NCBI RefSeq assembly: GCF_009914755.1
Contig: NC_060937.1
DNA length: 64,000 bases
Reading direction: 5' to 3' (one strand)
From: the human T2T-CHM13v2.0 reference genome, Homo sapiens
Under the pieces are notes generated by a model. That model saw nothing but the letters and a program-made list of their open reading frames with translations, did no database searches and had not been told where the DNA came from. Made by a program: the position numbers and the translations under genes. The stretch's first letter is position 1. Each line of letters starts with the position of its first letter. Shown piece by piece: positions 34,543 through 46,700 of the stretch.

Positions 34543-34710
34543 CCAGTGGTATGCTGGAACTGGCTGTGCACATTTCTATCCAATCCTGCTTTCAGTGACA
34601 TCACATTCGCAGCCTGAAATCAGCTATGGTTGGGAAGCATTTATAGGAATAGGCAGATGCTACAAACAAGGGCTTTAGGAGGCTTAGTTGTCCAGCACTT
34701 ACCATTGATG
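34543..34710. mobile_element. MER63-like hAT element
   Basis: ccagtggtatgctgga...gtgcacatttct...ttcagtgacatcac..gcagcctgaaatcagctatgg. Confidence 0.6.
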
Positions 34711-35004
34711 GTGCCCCAGTCAGACTTGCAATCTCTTTGGTCAGGCTTGGGATTCTCCACTAAACTCTGTATTCTAGGCCAATCAGCTGATTATTCTCTC
34801 CTTCCAGTTGAATTTGGTCTATGCCAAATCAGAGTGTTGTAGTGCTCTGCACTACTGTTTCTGGTGGAAAAACTAAGCTAATAATGGATAAACTGGAATC
34901 ACATTAAGATATTAGTGACAAATGTTTACAGGCAAGCTGAGAGAAGTCTCTTCTGTAGAATGGGGGGAAAATAATTACAAGTTTTTTAAAAAGTGTTACT
35001 CTTT

Positions 35005-35300
<296 letters not shown>

Positions 35301-36305
35301 TGTCACTCTTTGAGGAACTTCTCTAGTTGTCTTGATATCTAGCTTCCATGGTGCATTCTCCAATGTCTTTTTGGTTGTTGCTGTTGCTTATAATCCTCAA
35401 AACCCATGAGTAAAACTATGGCCTTAAAAAAGGCCGCTTTCCAAGCTTGTACCTAGGGGTTCGGCCATTCTCCCTCTACACTCCTAGTTGAGCTACTGCC
35501 TCTGATTTGTTTTATTTGGCGTTTACATTTCTGGCCAACCTGGTATTTAATAAATAAACATTTAATGGATTTTGTCAAGGTTTAAAAGTTGGAGGATTTC
35601 CCTTATGATCTAGGTTTCTGGCTTCCCTTGACAACTGGAAGGTCTGAGAATACATGACCCATATTTTCAAATGGTCAATGGTCAACAACTAGCCAAGGCT
35701 GGGATGTGATTGCTCCTCTTTAAGTGGGTGGCAGTGGTTTCATTCACACAGTATCCACCCGGCCTACTTCTCTTACTTACTCCCTGGAATGGATCATGGA
35801 AATAAAGGTAACATTTCAGGAAGAAAGGCAGCTCAATGGGTGTGATTCTGACCTCCCTAAGGGAGGCGTTCATAAGATAGGAGGAGGATTGACGCAGTCT
35901 AACAGCACTAAAGGTTGTCAGGATGATCAAATTACAGTCCCTTCTAAAACTATGTACTCCAGTGTCCTGAATCTCCCCATCCCAGACAGCAGATTAGAAC
36001 AGCGTCTGCCTGATGCTTTCTAGATAACTGGCACCATCTTTCCTCTTCAGCAGAACTGCAGACGGCCTGGGCTGAAACTGACCTTTGTGATAATTGAGGA
36101 CACACACCTTGTTTGAAACCTCTCCACAACATCCTTTCCAGAGATTCTCAGTGTTCTCCAATCAACTTAAATGGTCTCATTACTTCCTAAGGCAGCCATC
36201 CCGACTCTCGAGACCATTTTCTTAAATTGGACAGGAATCTGATGCCCATATTACCGTACTAAAATTATACACCACTTTATAATTTGCAAAGTACAGTCAC
36301 ACACA

Positions 36306-36944
36306 TGGTGATGGTTAATTTTATGTGTCAACTTGAACAGGCTAAGAATGCCCAGTCTAATATTATTTCTGTGTGCGTGTGTGTCTGTGAGGGTGTTTCT
36401 GGAAAAGATTAGTATTTGAATCAGTAAACTGGGTAAAGAATATCTGCTGTCACCAAGGTATCATCCAATCTGTTGAGAGCTCAGATACAACAGAAAGGCC
36501 AAAGAAGTAAGAAGTGAGAATCTTTCTCTCTCTCTCTCTCTCTCTCTCCTCCCTCTCTCTCCCTCCCTCCCTCTTCCTCCCTTTCTTTCTTTCTTTCTCC
36601 CACCCTCCCCTTCTCTCTCTCTTTCTCTCTCTCTCTCAATTTCCTCTCTCCATCCTTGAACTGGGACATCCATCTTCTCCTGCCCTTGGACATCAGAGCT
36701 CCTGGCTCTTGAGCCTTTGGACCCTGGGACATACACTAGCAGAGCCCCCACCCCCGCCCCATTCCCAGGCCTTCACCTTCAGACAGAGCGTTACATCATT
36801 GGCTCCCCCAGCTCTCAGGCTATCAGGCACAGACTGATTCACACCACATTTTTCCTGGTTCACCAGCTTGCACATGACAGATAATGGGCCTTTTTGGCCT
36901 CCATAATTATATGAGCCAAATCCCCTCTTTTACATATATGTATA

Positions 36945-36995
<51 letters not shown>

Positions 36996-37035
36996 CCTAT
37001 CAGTTCTGTTTCTCTGGAGAACCCTGGATAATACG
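36306..37035 (+). mobile_element. MLT2-type ERVL solo LTR with expanded (CT)n and (CA)n tracts
   Basis: gtgatggttaattttatgtgtcaacttga...ttctgtttctctggagaaccctg; CT-rich tract ~36521-36650. Confidence 0.85.
36947..36990. repeat. (CA)n microsatellite, ~22 units
   Basis: Uninterrupted cacaca run. Confidence 0.95.
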
Positions 37036-37576
37036 AACACAATCTCATTTAATCCTCACAGCAAGACTGAGTTATTTATTTACATTATTGCTTCTTTCCA
37101 AATGAGGAAATTGAGGCTCAGAGAAGTTGCATGGCTTAGCCAGTCACACAGCTGGTAAGTAGAAATAAGATATAATTTTTCTGATTCAGATTTCAATATT
37201 CTTTTTTTAGAACCATTGGTCTAAGGTCTATCCTGTGCAATAATACCAAGCATGTCTAATTCCTCTTTTCTGCAACAGACTTTCATATAGTTGACCACAG
37301 ATGTCAAGTGTCCCATAAGCATTTCCTATTTCTCACAAATATGCTCTGTTCCTTGCATCAAGAGTCATTTGACAAAGTTTCTACACCCCACAGCACCCTC
37401 ACCTCTCTTCTAAACAGAGCAGTTAGTTTGAAAACTCGAATATAAAGACAATACTTTAGGTATGGCCAGCCCAGCACTAAGGAGAGCACAACTGTCTTCT
37501 TCATCCTCTAGTGTTATACACCCAGTAATTCAGCCTGAGCACATGATGTCCATAGCAATATGTTAAGCTACACATT

Positions 37577-37706
37577 AGGTGATCGCAGGTCTCACTTTGC
37601 CCAGGACAGTCTCCAATATGCCTGTTGTCCTGGCTGAATTGTTAATGATGCTCTTGTTTTACTCTTGAATGTCCTAGTTTGGATGACAATTGCATGGTCT
37701 CCTTAC
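37577..37706. mobile_element. MER94-like hAT MITE
   Basis: tttgcccaggacagtc...tgttgtcctggc...gtcctagtttggatgacaatt. Confidence 0.6.
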
Positions 37707-40275
37707 CTATTAGGAAACATAGCGTCAACCACTTCCTTCCTACAGTTGCTGTTGCTTAGGCTTGTCTTCTTGGGATAAAATTTGGACATAAGCAACAAAA
37801 ACAAAAAATCTTAAATGTATCCACCTGCTTGAATCCAGCCTATATTATACTGCACGAATGGTCCCAGTTCTTCCGTGCACTCTGTCCTGCTTAGCTTTGC
37901 AGAGCCCTCACTCTGCAGGGTGGTGTCATTCTCCAGCCTTCACCATGGCCATGTGACTTGCTTTGGCCAATGGAAAGTTAAGAGTTATAAGATCATACAG
38001 CCCTGAACAGTGTTTCCATGACTGGACTTGGATGCATATGCTTCCGCCATCACCATGAGAAGGCTGTGTCTGGGATGGCCGCTGTGCCCTGAGAGGAGGC
38101 TGAGAGACACATGGAGCACAGGTGCCCCAGCTCAAGTGCCCCAGCCTAGAGCTGAGATCAGCTGACAATAATGAGTGCTAGTTTAAGCCACTGAGTTGAT
38201 GGTGGATTTTTTAAGGCATCTATACACAGTCTAGCTGCATACTACTCCAGATTCCCAGGCTTTGGGTATCTGACCCTACCATCCAAGCTACCATCATCCT
38301 AAATGTAAAGAGTATGTATGCCATACACATACTCAAGTCCCTTTTAAGCCGTTGAATAGGATAGGGCTGTTCTGTAACCCTCATGGAACAGCTTTCCAAA
38401 TTCATAATTCAATCAGCAGTCTAACCAGACCAGTTAGTTATAATAAATTAATAATTGCTGACTTTTATTGAGCACTTACTATTTGCAACGCCCTGTCTTA
38501 AGCATGTGGTATGAACTATCTCATTTAATCCCCTTCACTCTATGAGTCAGATGATATAATCCCTATTTTATGATGAGCACAATGGTGAACACATGGCTTG
38601 AGGAACATACCCAAGTCACACAGCTGTGAGTGCAGCTGGGGTCCTCCCTGACAGCAGCACCTTCAATCCTGGGCACCTCATTCCCACCCATCGAATGCTG
38701 ACCACATTCCAGGAGAGCCTGGCACATGGCTTTGGGGGAGTTGAGAATCAGTCTCAATTCTTAGTGGGATATCACTCACCGAAAAGCAGTCAGTGTGATA
38801 TAAATAAAAAGAACATGAGATTTGGAGATAGCCAGACAAATGTGGGTTCACATCTGGGCTCCAGCACTGACCTACGGTTGTCTCCTTAATCTCTCTGAAC
38901 CACACTTTGCTTGTCACAAAATGAAGGTAAAAATGCTAACTTCACATGGTCGTTTAGACTGTATAAAGCTCCTGGCTTGGAAAATTAGCCAGTTTCAGGA
39001 GATATTTGCTCTCCTCCCGGTCTTAGGTAAAAATAGGGTTGGTCCAACATCTTGCCCTGTGGTGTGTGGACGTGCTAAAGACTGCACTCAGGCCCTCCCT
39101 TGCTGGCCAGGCCATGTTTTGTGTTTATGAAACTAATTCTTTCACTGACTTGCACTTGTTGCTACTGACTCTTACACTGCATATTCAGGTCATTGCGTAT
39201 TCCAAAAAAAGAATTCAGTCCTCTCCTTGAGCTAGCTAAGTGAAATGAAAGATAAGGCATTACTTCCTCTGAAAAACAAAATTTGGAAATTGAAAAACAA
39301 AACAAAGAAAACATTTTAAAAATTCTAATTAGAAGAGGGAATGGAAACTCATTTTCCAATTTTGGAAACCACTTCGTCATTTTGACACTAAATGTAGAAA
39401 TGAACTCAACTTTGGAGCATGTAGGACCTCAGATCTCTACCACTGCAGATACTGAGTAGCTGCGTTGTGCCCAGATAGCAATATAGGTAATGATTACAAT
39501 CACAGGCTTTAGACCCAGAGACTCCAAGGAGGCTTATTAGCTGTAGGACCCTGGAATGTTTATACTTCGATTTACTCACTTGTAAGACAGAAATTACAAT
39601 AATGCCACCTCATCTAATTGCAGTTGGAATGAAAAGAACTGATACTTAGAGAAACCTTAGCCCATAGTAAACTCTCAAAAAAAAAAATCTGCTGAATTAT
39701 CATTACTAATGAGATTTTGTTCAGTTAAATTTCTCTTTTAGAGCACATTTTTTTGATTTATGTAAGCATTACTGTAGCCATCCTAGGCAAAGCTACAAGA
39801 AAAACAAGGAACTGAAAATAGAAGGTTACTGGTCTCCCCTTTTAAACATTCCAGTTAAGTACCTTAAAATGCTATCTTAACATTTTTTTTAAACTTTATT
39901 CTTTCCACCTTTTCTTCTCTTTCCACTTTTCCTTCCCCTCTCTTAACTTCAAAAGCCTAACTGGATGCTAAGGATACCCGTGAAGGTTTGACAAAAGAAC
40001 AGGATACTGACATGACATTAAATCTCTCCACCCAAACACTAATCAAATACAAAGTCCAAGATGGTGACTTTATCATGAAGGAACTGGCAGACACCAACTT
40101 GGTCAATTGAAAAATGTTGGCTCCTGCTCCTGAAAAGAACACAGCATAACTTCTGAGGTAGTCCTGCCAAGATGTGTGGACTGAGTCTAGACGTGAGATA
40201 ACATCAGAGTGTTATCTCTGTATGTGTCATTTTACACTCTGAAGGGCCTGTACCTTTTAAGACTCTCAAGAACAC

Positions 40276-40672
40276 TGTTATGAGCTGAATCATGTCCCCC
40301 TCAAAAATTTATATGTTGAAGTTTAACTCTCAGTCCTCAAAATATGACTATAATTCAGAGATAGTCTCTTTAAAGGGGCAATTAAGTTAAAATTAAAATC
40401 GAGCCATTGATGTGGGTCCTTATCTGATATAACTGGTGATTTTCTAAGACGAGGAGATGAGGAAACAGACACACGCAGAGGGGAGATCACAGGAAGACAC
40501 ATGGAGAAGATGGCCATTTGCAAGCCAAGGAGAGAGGCCTCAGAAGAAACCAAACCTGCTGACATCTAGAACTTGGATTTCTGGTCTTCAGAACTGTGAG
40601 ACAATACATTTCTGTTCTTTAAGTCACCCAGGCTGTGGTGCTTTGCTATGGCAGCCAGAACAAACCAATACA
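40276..40672 (+). mobile_element. MLT1B-type MaLR LTR inside an old L1M 3' fragment (~40000-41080)
   Basis: tgttatgagctgaat..gcaagccaaggagagaggcctcagaagaaacc..aaccaataca; TSD aacac/aacat. Confidence 0.82.
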
Positions 40673-41554
40673 AACATGAAAGAGGGAAAGACTGAGAAAC
40701 TGTTCCAAATGGAAGGAAACTGATGAGATGTGACGGCTCAGTGCAACACATGATTCTGATCTTGGACCAAAAAGGAAAAAAAGGAAATACATTTTTGGGA
40801 CAGTCAGTGAAATGTGAATGGGGTCTGAGGCCCAGATGATGCAGAATTGACGTCAACGCCCTGGTTGGGAGGGCTGTGTGGTAGTTACATAGGAGAGTGC
40901 CCTCGCTTTAGGGAGATCCACACAATAGTATTTAGGGATGATGGGCATCGTAGCCAAAAATGAATATGTCTGTAAATAAAGACAAAAGCTGATGAAGCAA
41001 ATGTGGTAAAATACTAACAACTGGGGAATATGGGTGTTCTTTGTACTCTTTGTGAAGCTTTTCTGTGAACCTGAAACCGCTTTTTTTTTTTTTTAAGGTT
41101 GAAAATGATGTCTTGGGATCCCTTGTGTACTGTTGGTAGGAATGCAAAAGTGTACAGCCACTAGGGAAAACAGTGTGGTGGTTCCTCAAAAAAATAAACA
41201 TAGAATTACCATAGAGTCTTCTGGATGTATACCCAGAAGAAATGAAAGCAGACACTCCAACTAATATTGAAAATGTTTGCTTTCACACTCATGTTCACTG
41301 CAGCATTATTCACAACAGCCAAAAGGTGGAGGCAGCCCGAGTGTCCATCGATGGATGAATGGATACACAAATGCGCTATAAACAGACAATGGAATATTAT
41401 TCTGCCTTAAAAAGAAAGGAACTTCTGACACGTGCTACAACATGAGTGAAACTTGAAGATGGTAAGTTAAATGAGCCAGACAGAAAAGGACGAATACTGT
41501 AGGATCCCACTTATATGAGGTACCTAAAATAGTCTAATTCATAGAGACAAAGTA

Positions 41555-42287
41555 CAAACCATTTTTAACGTAAGATGGCTTGACTTATGGTTTTTTTACT
41601 TTACAGTGGTGAAAAATCAGTATGCATTCAGTAGCAACTGTACTTTGAGTACCCATATGATATGGTTTGAATTCTCACCTTGAATTGTAATAATCCCCAC
41701 ATGTCAAGGGTGGAGATAACTGAGTCATGGGGGCAGTTTCCACCATACTGTTCTCATGATAGTGAATAAGTCTCATGATATCTGATGGTTTTATAAATGG
41801 GAGTTTGCCTGCACAAGCTCTGTCTTGCCTGCCTGCCTTGCCTGCCTGCCGCCATGTAAGATGTGACTTTGCTCCTCCTTTGCCTTCTGCCATGATTGTG
41901 AGGCCTCCTCAGCCATGTGGAACTGTGAGTCAATTAAACCTCTTTCCTTTATAAATTACCCAATCTCCCATATGTCTGTATCAGCAGTGTGAGAACACAC
42001 TAATACACCATAGAACCATTCTGAGCATTTACTGAGCACTTACTATTAGAGCTTCTCACTTTTAGTACAGTATTTAATACATTACGTGGGATATTTTGTA
42101 CTTTATTGGAAAATAAGCCTTATGTTAGGTGATTTTGCCCAACTGTAGGCTACTGTGAGTGTTCTGAGCACGTTTAAGGTAGGCTGGGCTAAGCTGTGAT
42201 GTTCAGTAGGTTAGGGGCATGGAATGCATTGTCAACTTTCTGTGGGTTTATCTGGACCTAACCCCATCATAAGTCAAGGAGCATCTG
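41555..42287 (-). mobile_element. MER47A (Tigger5 derivative), interrupted by THE1
   Basis: ccccatcataagtcaaggagcatctg terminus, tgttctgagcacgtttaaggtaggct; TA on both sides. Confidence 0.82.
41658..42007 (+). mobile_element. THE1C/D-type MaLR LTR
   Basis: tgatatggtttg...gtgagaacacactaataca with perfect TSD ccata. Confidence 0.88.
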
Positions 42288-43069
42288 TAGAATGGTGGTT
42301 TTTCAGGAGCTAGGGGAAGGGGAATGGGAAAATGTTGTTTAATGACTGTGGAGTTTCAGTTTTACAAGATGAAAAGTGTTCTGGAGTGTGGCTGCACAAT
42401 GGTGTGGATGTTCTTAACACTGCTGAAGAGGACACATACAAATGATTAAGATGGTAAATGTTTTTATGTGTATTTTTACCCCAAATACTTTTCAAAAAAT
42501 ATCTTGGCTATTATTTATCTCCTTATATATATGTCTTTTTTTGTTTGCTAGCATATAAATCTCTCGGAGGCAGAAAACATGTCTGAAATCTACAGCATGT
42601 AGATTTCATACAGGGCACAGTGGTTGACCAGTAATGAGTTCCTGCAGGAGGGGACCCTTCCAGTGAATGTAGACCTGGAAAATGAGATTGTCCTATTTAT
42701 TCCTCTGAATATTCCCCAGCATCTATCACAGTGCTCTTTATAAAGTAAGTGCTCGGTAAACGTTCATTCGTGGTGATGCTAAGGACCGGAAGGGTCTTTA
42801 ACCTTTTCTCTCCCTCCTAGCTCAGCCCTCACGGAACCCTAAAAGCTGGCTAAGGGGCCATTCTCCTCGCCACCTGGGCCTGCGTCTGCCGAATCGCTTC
42901 CTAAGGACTTTGACTAGAAACCAAAGGTCCCATTTTTCATCTGCCATTTATTTATCATTGTATAACTTAGGTAAGTCCCTCCGCCTTCACTGTCAGTTCT
43001 TCACGCATTGTTTTGCATCCAAGGAGTCTGGAAATAAGCGGGAACACCCTGCACGTGAGAGGGGCCCTG

Positions 43070-43710
43070 AAATTCACGAGGGGCTGGGGCTTTGCGTTTA
43101 TTCCTCCAGTTCCGCCTGCAGCAACCCTGACGATCGAGCAGGGCCCGCGGGGGAGCGAGCGGAAGCGGGCAGCGTGCGCTGCTGTCCCGCTACCCAGCCC
43201 GCTAGGCTGCGCAGCTGCGTCTGCGGGCGGGGAGCCGGGGCGGCCGTGGGCTTCCTCCGGGCGCGGGCTGACGGCTGCCGCCTGTGGGCGCCCCAGCCCT
43301 GCAGCCGAGCGGGAGGGGCGGACCAGCGGGTGTCGGGAGCAGGCTGCAGCGGCCAGGCCTCTGCGGCTTCTCGGAGTACTGGGTCCACTGGAGAGCGAAG
43401 AGCCGCGGCCGCCAGGATTCCCAGCAGCGGCCGCGTGTTGAGAGCCTAGAAGTGGCCCCGAAGCCGTGCCTTTCCCGATAGCCAAGCAGAAGTAGGACTT
43501 GAAGCACCGAGGCTGGGATGCCCATGCTGGTGACGCCTTGGGGCTCGCAGTTATACTTGGTGACCGGTCTACACGGCGATTCGGTGCTTTCCGGAGTAGC
43601 AGATTCATCTATCTTTAGACCCACCTTCGTCCTTCGGCGGTTTAGCACGGCCTGCGCTTTCCTGCGAGCCCTGCTGTCACCCGAACAGCCCGATGACTTC
43701 ACGCTCAACC
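43070..43710. promoter_or_regulatory. CpG island, promoter-like
   Basis: By far the highest non-Alu CpG density in the window (gcggccgc twice, ccgcgg, gcgcgg); GC boxes (gggcgggg ~43225, ggggcgg ~43237, ~43315), ETS-like gcggaagc, E-box cacgtg at 43052. Confidence 0.8.
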
Positions 43711-43722
43711 ACTGGAGGGCAC
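43709..43722 (+). promoter_or_regulatory. Candidate CTCF site
   Basis: CCACTGGAGGGCAC, one mismatch to the CTCF core CCASYAGRKGGCRS. Confidence 0.5.
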
Positions 43723-46700
43723 AACCACATCATTTTTAAAAAATAGATTCCTCCACTTAAAGGACATGGTTTTGGGGGAAAGAACATTTAAAAAATGTAA
43801 AAAGATATATATCTATATCTATATATCTATCTCAGATTGTTCTGATATAAACTCAGGTGGGATTCTTCAAAACAGGAGGCTGTTCCAGTCTCTTCATTTT
43901 GCAGCTGAGAAAACGAAGGCCTTGGAGCTTGAGAACTCCAGTTGCCCAAGGCACACAGGTGGTGGGTAAGGAAGCTGATCATGTCTCCAAAGAATCCTTC
44001 CATGACCCAGGAGGATCCGGTGGGAGAGCAGGGCCGTCCACAGCTCAGCTAGGACACAAGAAGGCCCGGGGTGGCAGGAGCCCCACTGTGTGCTGCGGAG
44101 GATGGCAGAGGAAGTCAGCATTGTCCCGAAACTGCAGGATCATGTGATGTGATGGGAAAAAATTATGAGTACAAGACACAGGAAGAGCAGGTCACGGAAA
44201 CACATGGTGCCCAGAAGGGCTTAATTAGTAGCAGCTGTGCGGGGTGATGCACAGAGTGCCCCAAGGGTGTCCTGAGTGAGGGTGGATGTCCCCTGCCCTC
44301 TGGCTTCGTGAAGGCTTCGTGAAGCCTGCCGGGTCACCCTTGTTTTCATGGATAGCTTCTTTAGGACACTCTCTCCACCAGTAATTGACAAAGTCTGCTT
44401 CTGTTGAGTGTCTGATAAAGGATTGAGTTTACATGATTGTTAAGATAGGATCATGAAAGAAGACAGAAGACGGATGTGAGTGGCCCTCAGAAAAAAAGCA
44501 TCAAAGGAAACTGAGGAGTCTGTGTTCCGAGTTATAACATCAGTCCTGTGTGTAAGTGCTGAGTTTCAGCTCTGCCCAAGGCTAGGGGTTGCCTAGTCGG
44601 CTTCAACTGTAAGCTCCTAAGGGACAGTGCTGCCCCTTGAGATGACTGGGCAGCCATCAGCTTCATGCTAGAGGCTTTAAAGCAAACCCAAGATGGAGTC
44701 TCAGTACTGATTATTTGGGCCAGTGCCTTTCTTAACATTTCACGGATATATTCCTTTATTTTATTTGTTGTATTTTAGTACAGTTTTGCTCTATTCAGTC
44801 ATGGTCATTCTTAGTTGCTGTTGTCTTTGTAAACTTATTTAATATCTTTTAAATATTAAAAGATTAAATAAATTATTTTCTAATAAATTCTTTTAATATT
44901 AAAATATTAATTTTTGATAAGAACCTTGTTTACTCTCAAGATTAATGTAGTAAATAAAGAAGACTAAAAACTTCAGAGACTGAAAGCTGCTGAGAATGTG
45001 TAAGAGAAACCTGGTTATCAAACGCAATCCTGATCTTTTATCAGGCATCTGTATCAATGTGGATGATCTAACCGTGGTTAACTTCATGAAGAAGGAAGAT
45101 ATTTGATTTTCATCTGTTTAAAGAAACAATCTGTTTCTTCTAAAAGTATATACTCTAAAACACAAACCACTTGGCTGGGAAATAAAAGATGGTTATGCTT
45201 TATCATTTATATAAGCCTGGCCTTTCTCCAAAATGATTTTGATATAGCTTACAACAAAAAACGTGTTAGGCTTAATAAAAGAAGAATGGAAATGGAAACT
45301 AAGGATCAACAGAAAAGAGTATCACAAATACGGTAATACTAGCATATGGTAATATTATTTCTGTATTTGAGTGTAAAACATGGCTGTGAGCTTCCTGGAG
45401 GCCAAGGCAAAAATAGAGACAAGAGCAACGTGCATAATATCATTAGCAGACAGAAAGATCATGTGACTTTTTAATTTTTTTCCCGGAAACTGAATCTAAA
45501 AAGAATCGCTCTATATAATGACTCATATATATGGTTTTAAGTGAAAAAATGATGAACACTGTCCTCCATGAGAGTTTTGGCACAAATTGAAGGAGGTAAG
45601 AACTGATATTGAAGCACAACTCAGTGAAGTTAATCCTGTCAGGCTAGGTTCACACAAGAAAACTTCTGACAAAATCCTAGAATTCCGGCAAATGCAGGCA
45701 TGGAATGAGAGATTCCTATTCCATCTGCCTCATTGTGCCTGGGGCCAGGCCTGAGTGTTGAAGACAGCTTGTTCCAATGTAAGATCAAATGAGATTGTTC
45801 ATAACAGGAGTCTGCAGGAATATGGCACCTCTGATTTGAAATGATGGATGATTTTCATCAGCCGTGTATCTGCTTCCTTGGCAGCACCCCAAGTGCAGAC
45901 CCCAGGCTGTTTCAGTGTGTCATCTGGCAGGCCCAAACAGAGGATGTCTCAATTGTGCATGTGTAACACAGCTTTAATTCATAATTTCATTTCTGGATGG
46001 AATTTTGAGCAGATGGGCATTGCTGTCCTTTTTAATGGTAAAAAATCAATGAAAGACACCGTGGTTTTGAAATTAATGAGCACTTGAAAAATACCAGCTT
46101 TGTTTGGCTTTGCGTTTTCTTTTTTCCTCTCCTCCTAAGTTGTTTGCAGCAAAATATTCAATTGAAAACTCAACATGTCCACTGCCTCCCAAAAAAAAAA
46201 AAAATTCTGTGGAAAGTCTCCACTAACAGGAAGAGAGAAGTTCTTCACAGTTTGGTTTTATTTTTCAATGATAGTCATTGCCTCATTTTTAAAGCATTTA
46301 TAATAAATTAAGCAAGTAACACTTGTGTACCAGTTTCTAATCAGTTTCTAATGTGCCTGGAACTTGCTGGGCTACAAAGAAAAGGATCAACTATTTTTTT
46401 TCCTGCACCCAAAGATATTGCAATCTTATCGGAGAAGGGAAACTGAGGCATGTGTTACAGTTAGAGGACTAGGAAGCACTAATCTGTGTCAGACTCCAAA
46501 GTGCAAATTCAAAGGAAAGACCATTGTTGGAGGGAGTGATCCGGAAGAATTCCTAGCCCTTACCTGTCTCAGTCATGCTTCTTGCCAAAGAAAAAGAGAA
46601 ATCTCCAAGTATCTTAATGCTTTCAGCGCTTCTCCAATCTGACAAATATTTATTCAGATTCGAACTGACTGCCCAAGCTTCACTGCAGCTCCTCGTTTCC

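Larger units (their letters stand above)
41115..42490 (+). mobile_element. L1MB-type 3' end, interrupted by MER47A
   Basis: ORF2 end and 3' UTR; atagagacaaag|ta|gaatggtggtt rejoins across the insertion. Confidence 0.85.

Noticed and set aside
42966-42976. Consensus splice donor tag|gtaagt just upstream of the CpG island
   Set aside because: Lies in a MIR-like remnant and has no supported upstream exon.
42910-43708. ORFs of 142-213 aa on both strands
   Set aside because: Expected from stop-codon scarcity in a CpG island; Ala/Gly/Arg/Pro-rich with no recognisable domain; several start at non-ATG codons.
44835-44912. AT-rich imperfect palindromes
   Set aside because: Low-complexity sequence; too short to be a PATRR or MITE.
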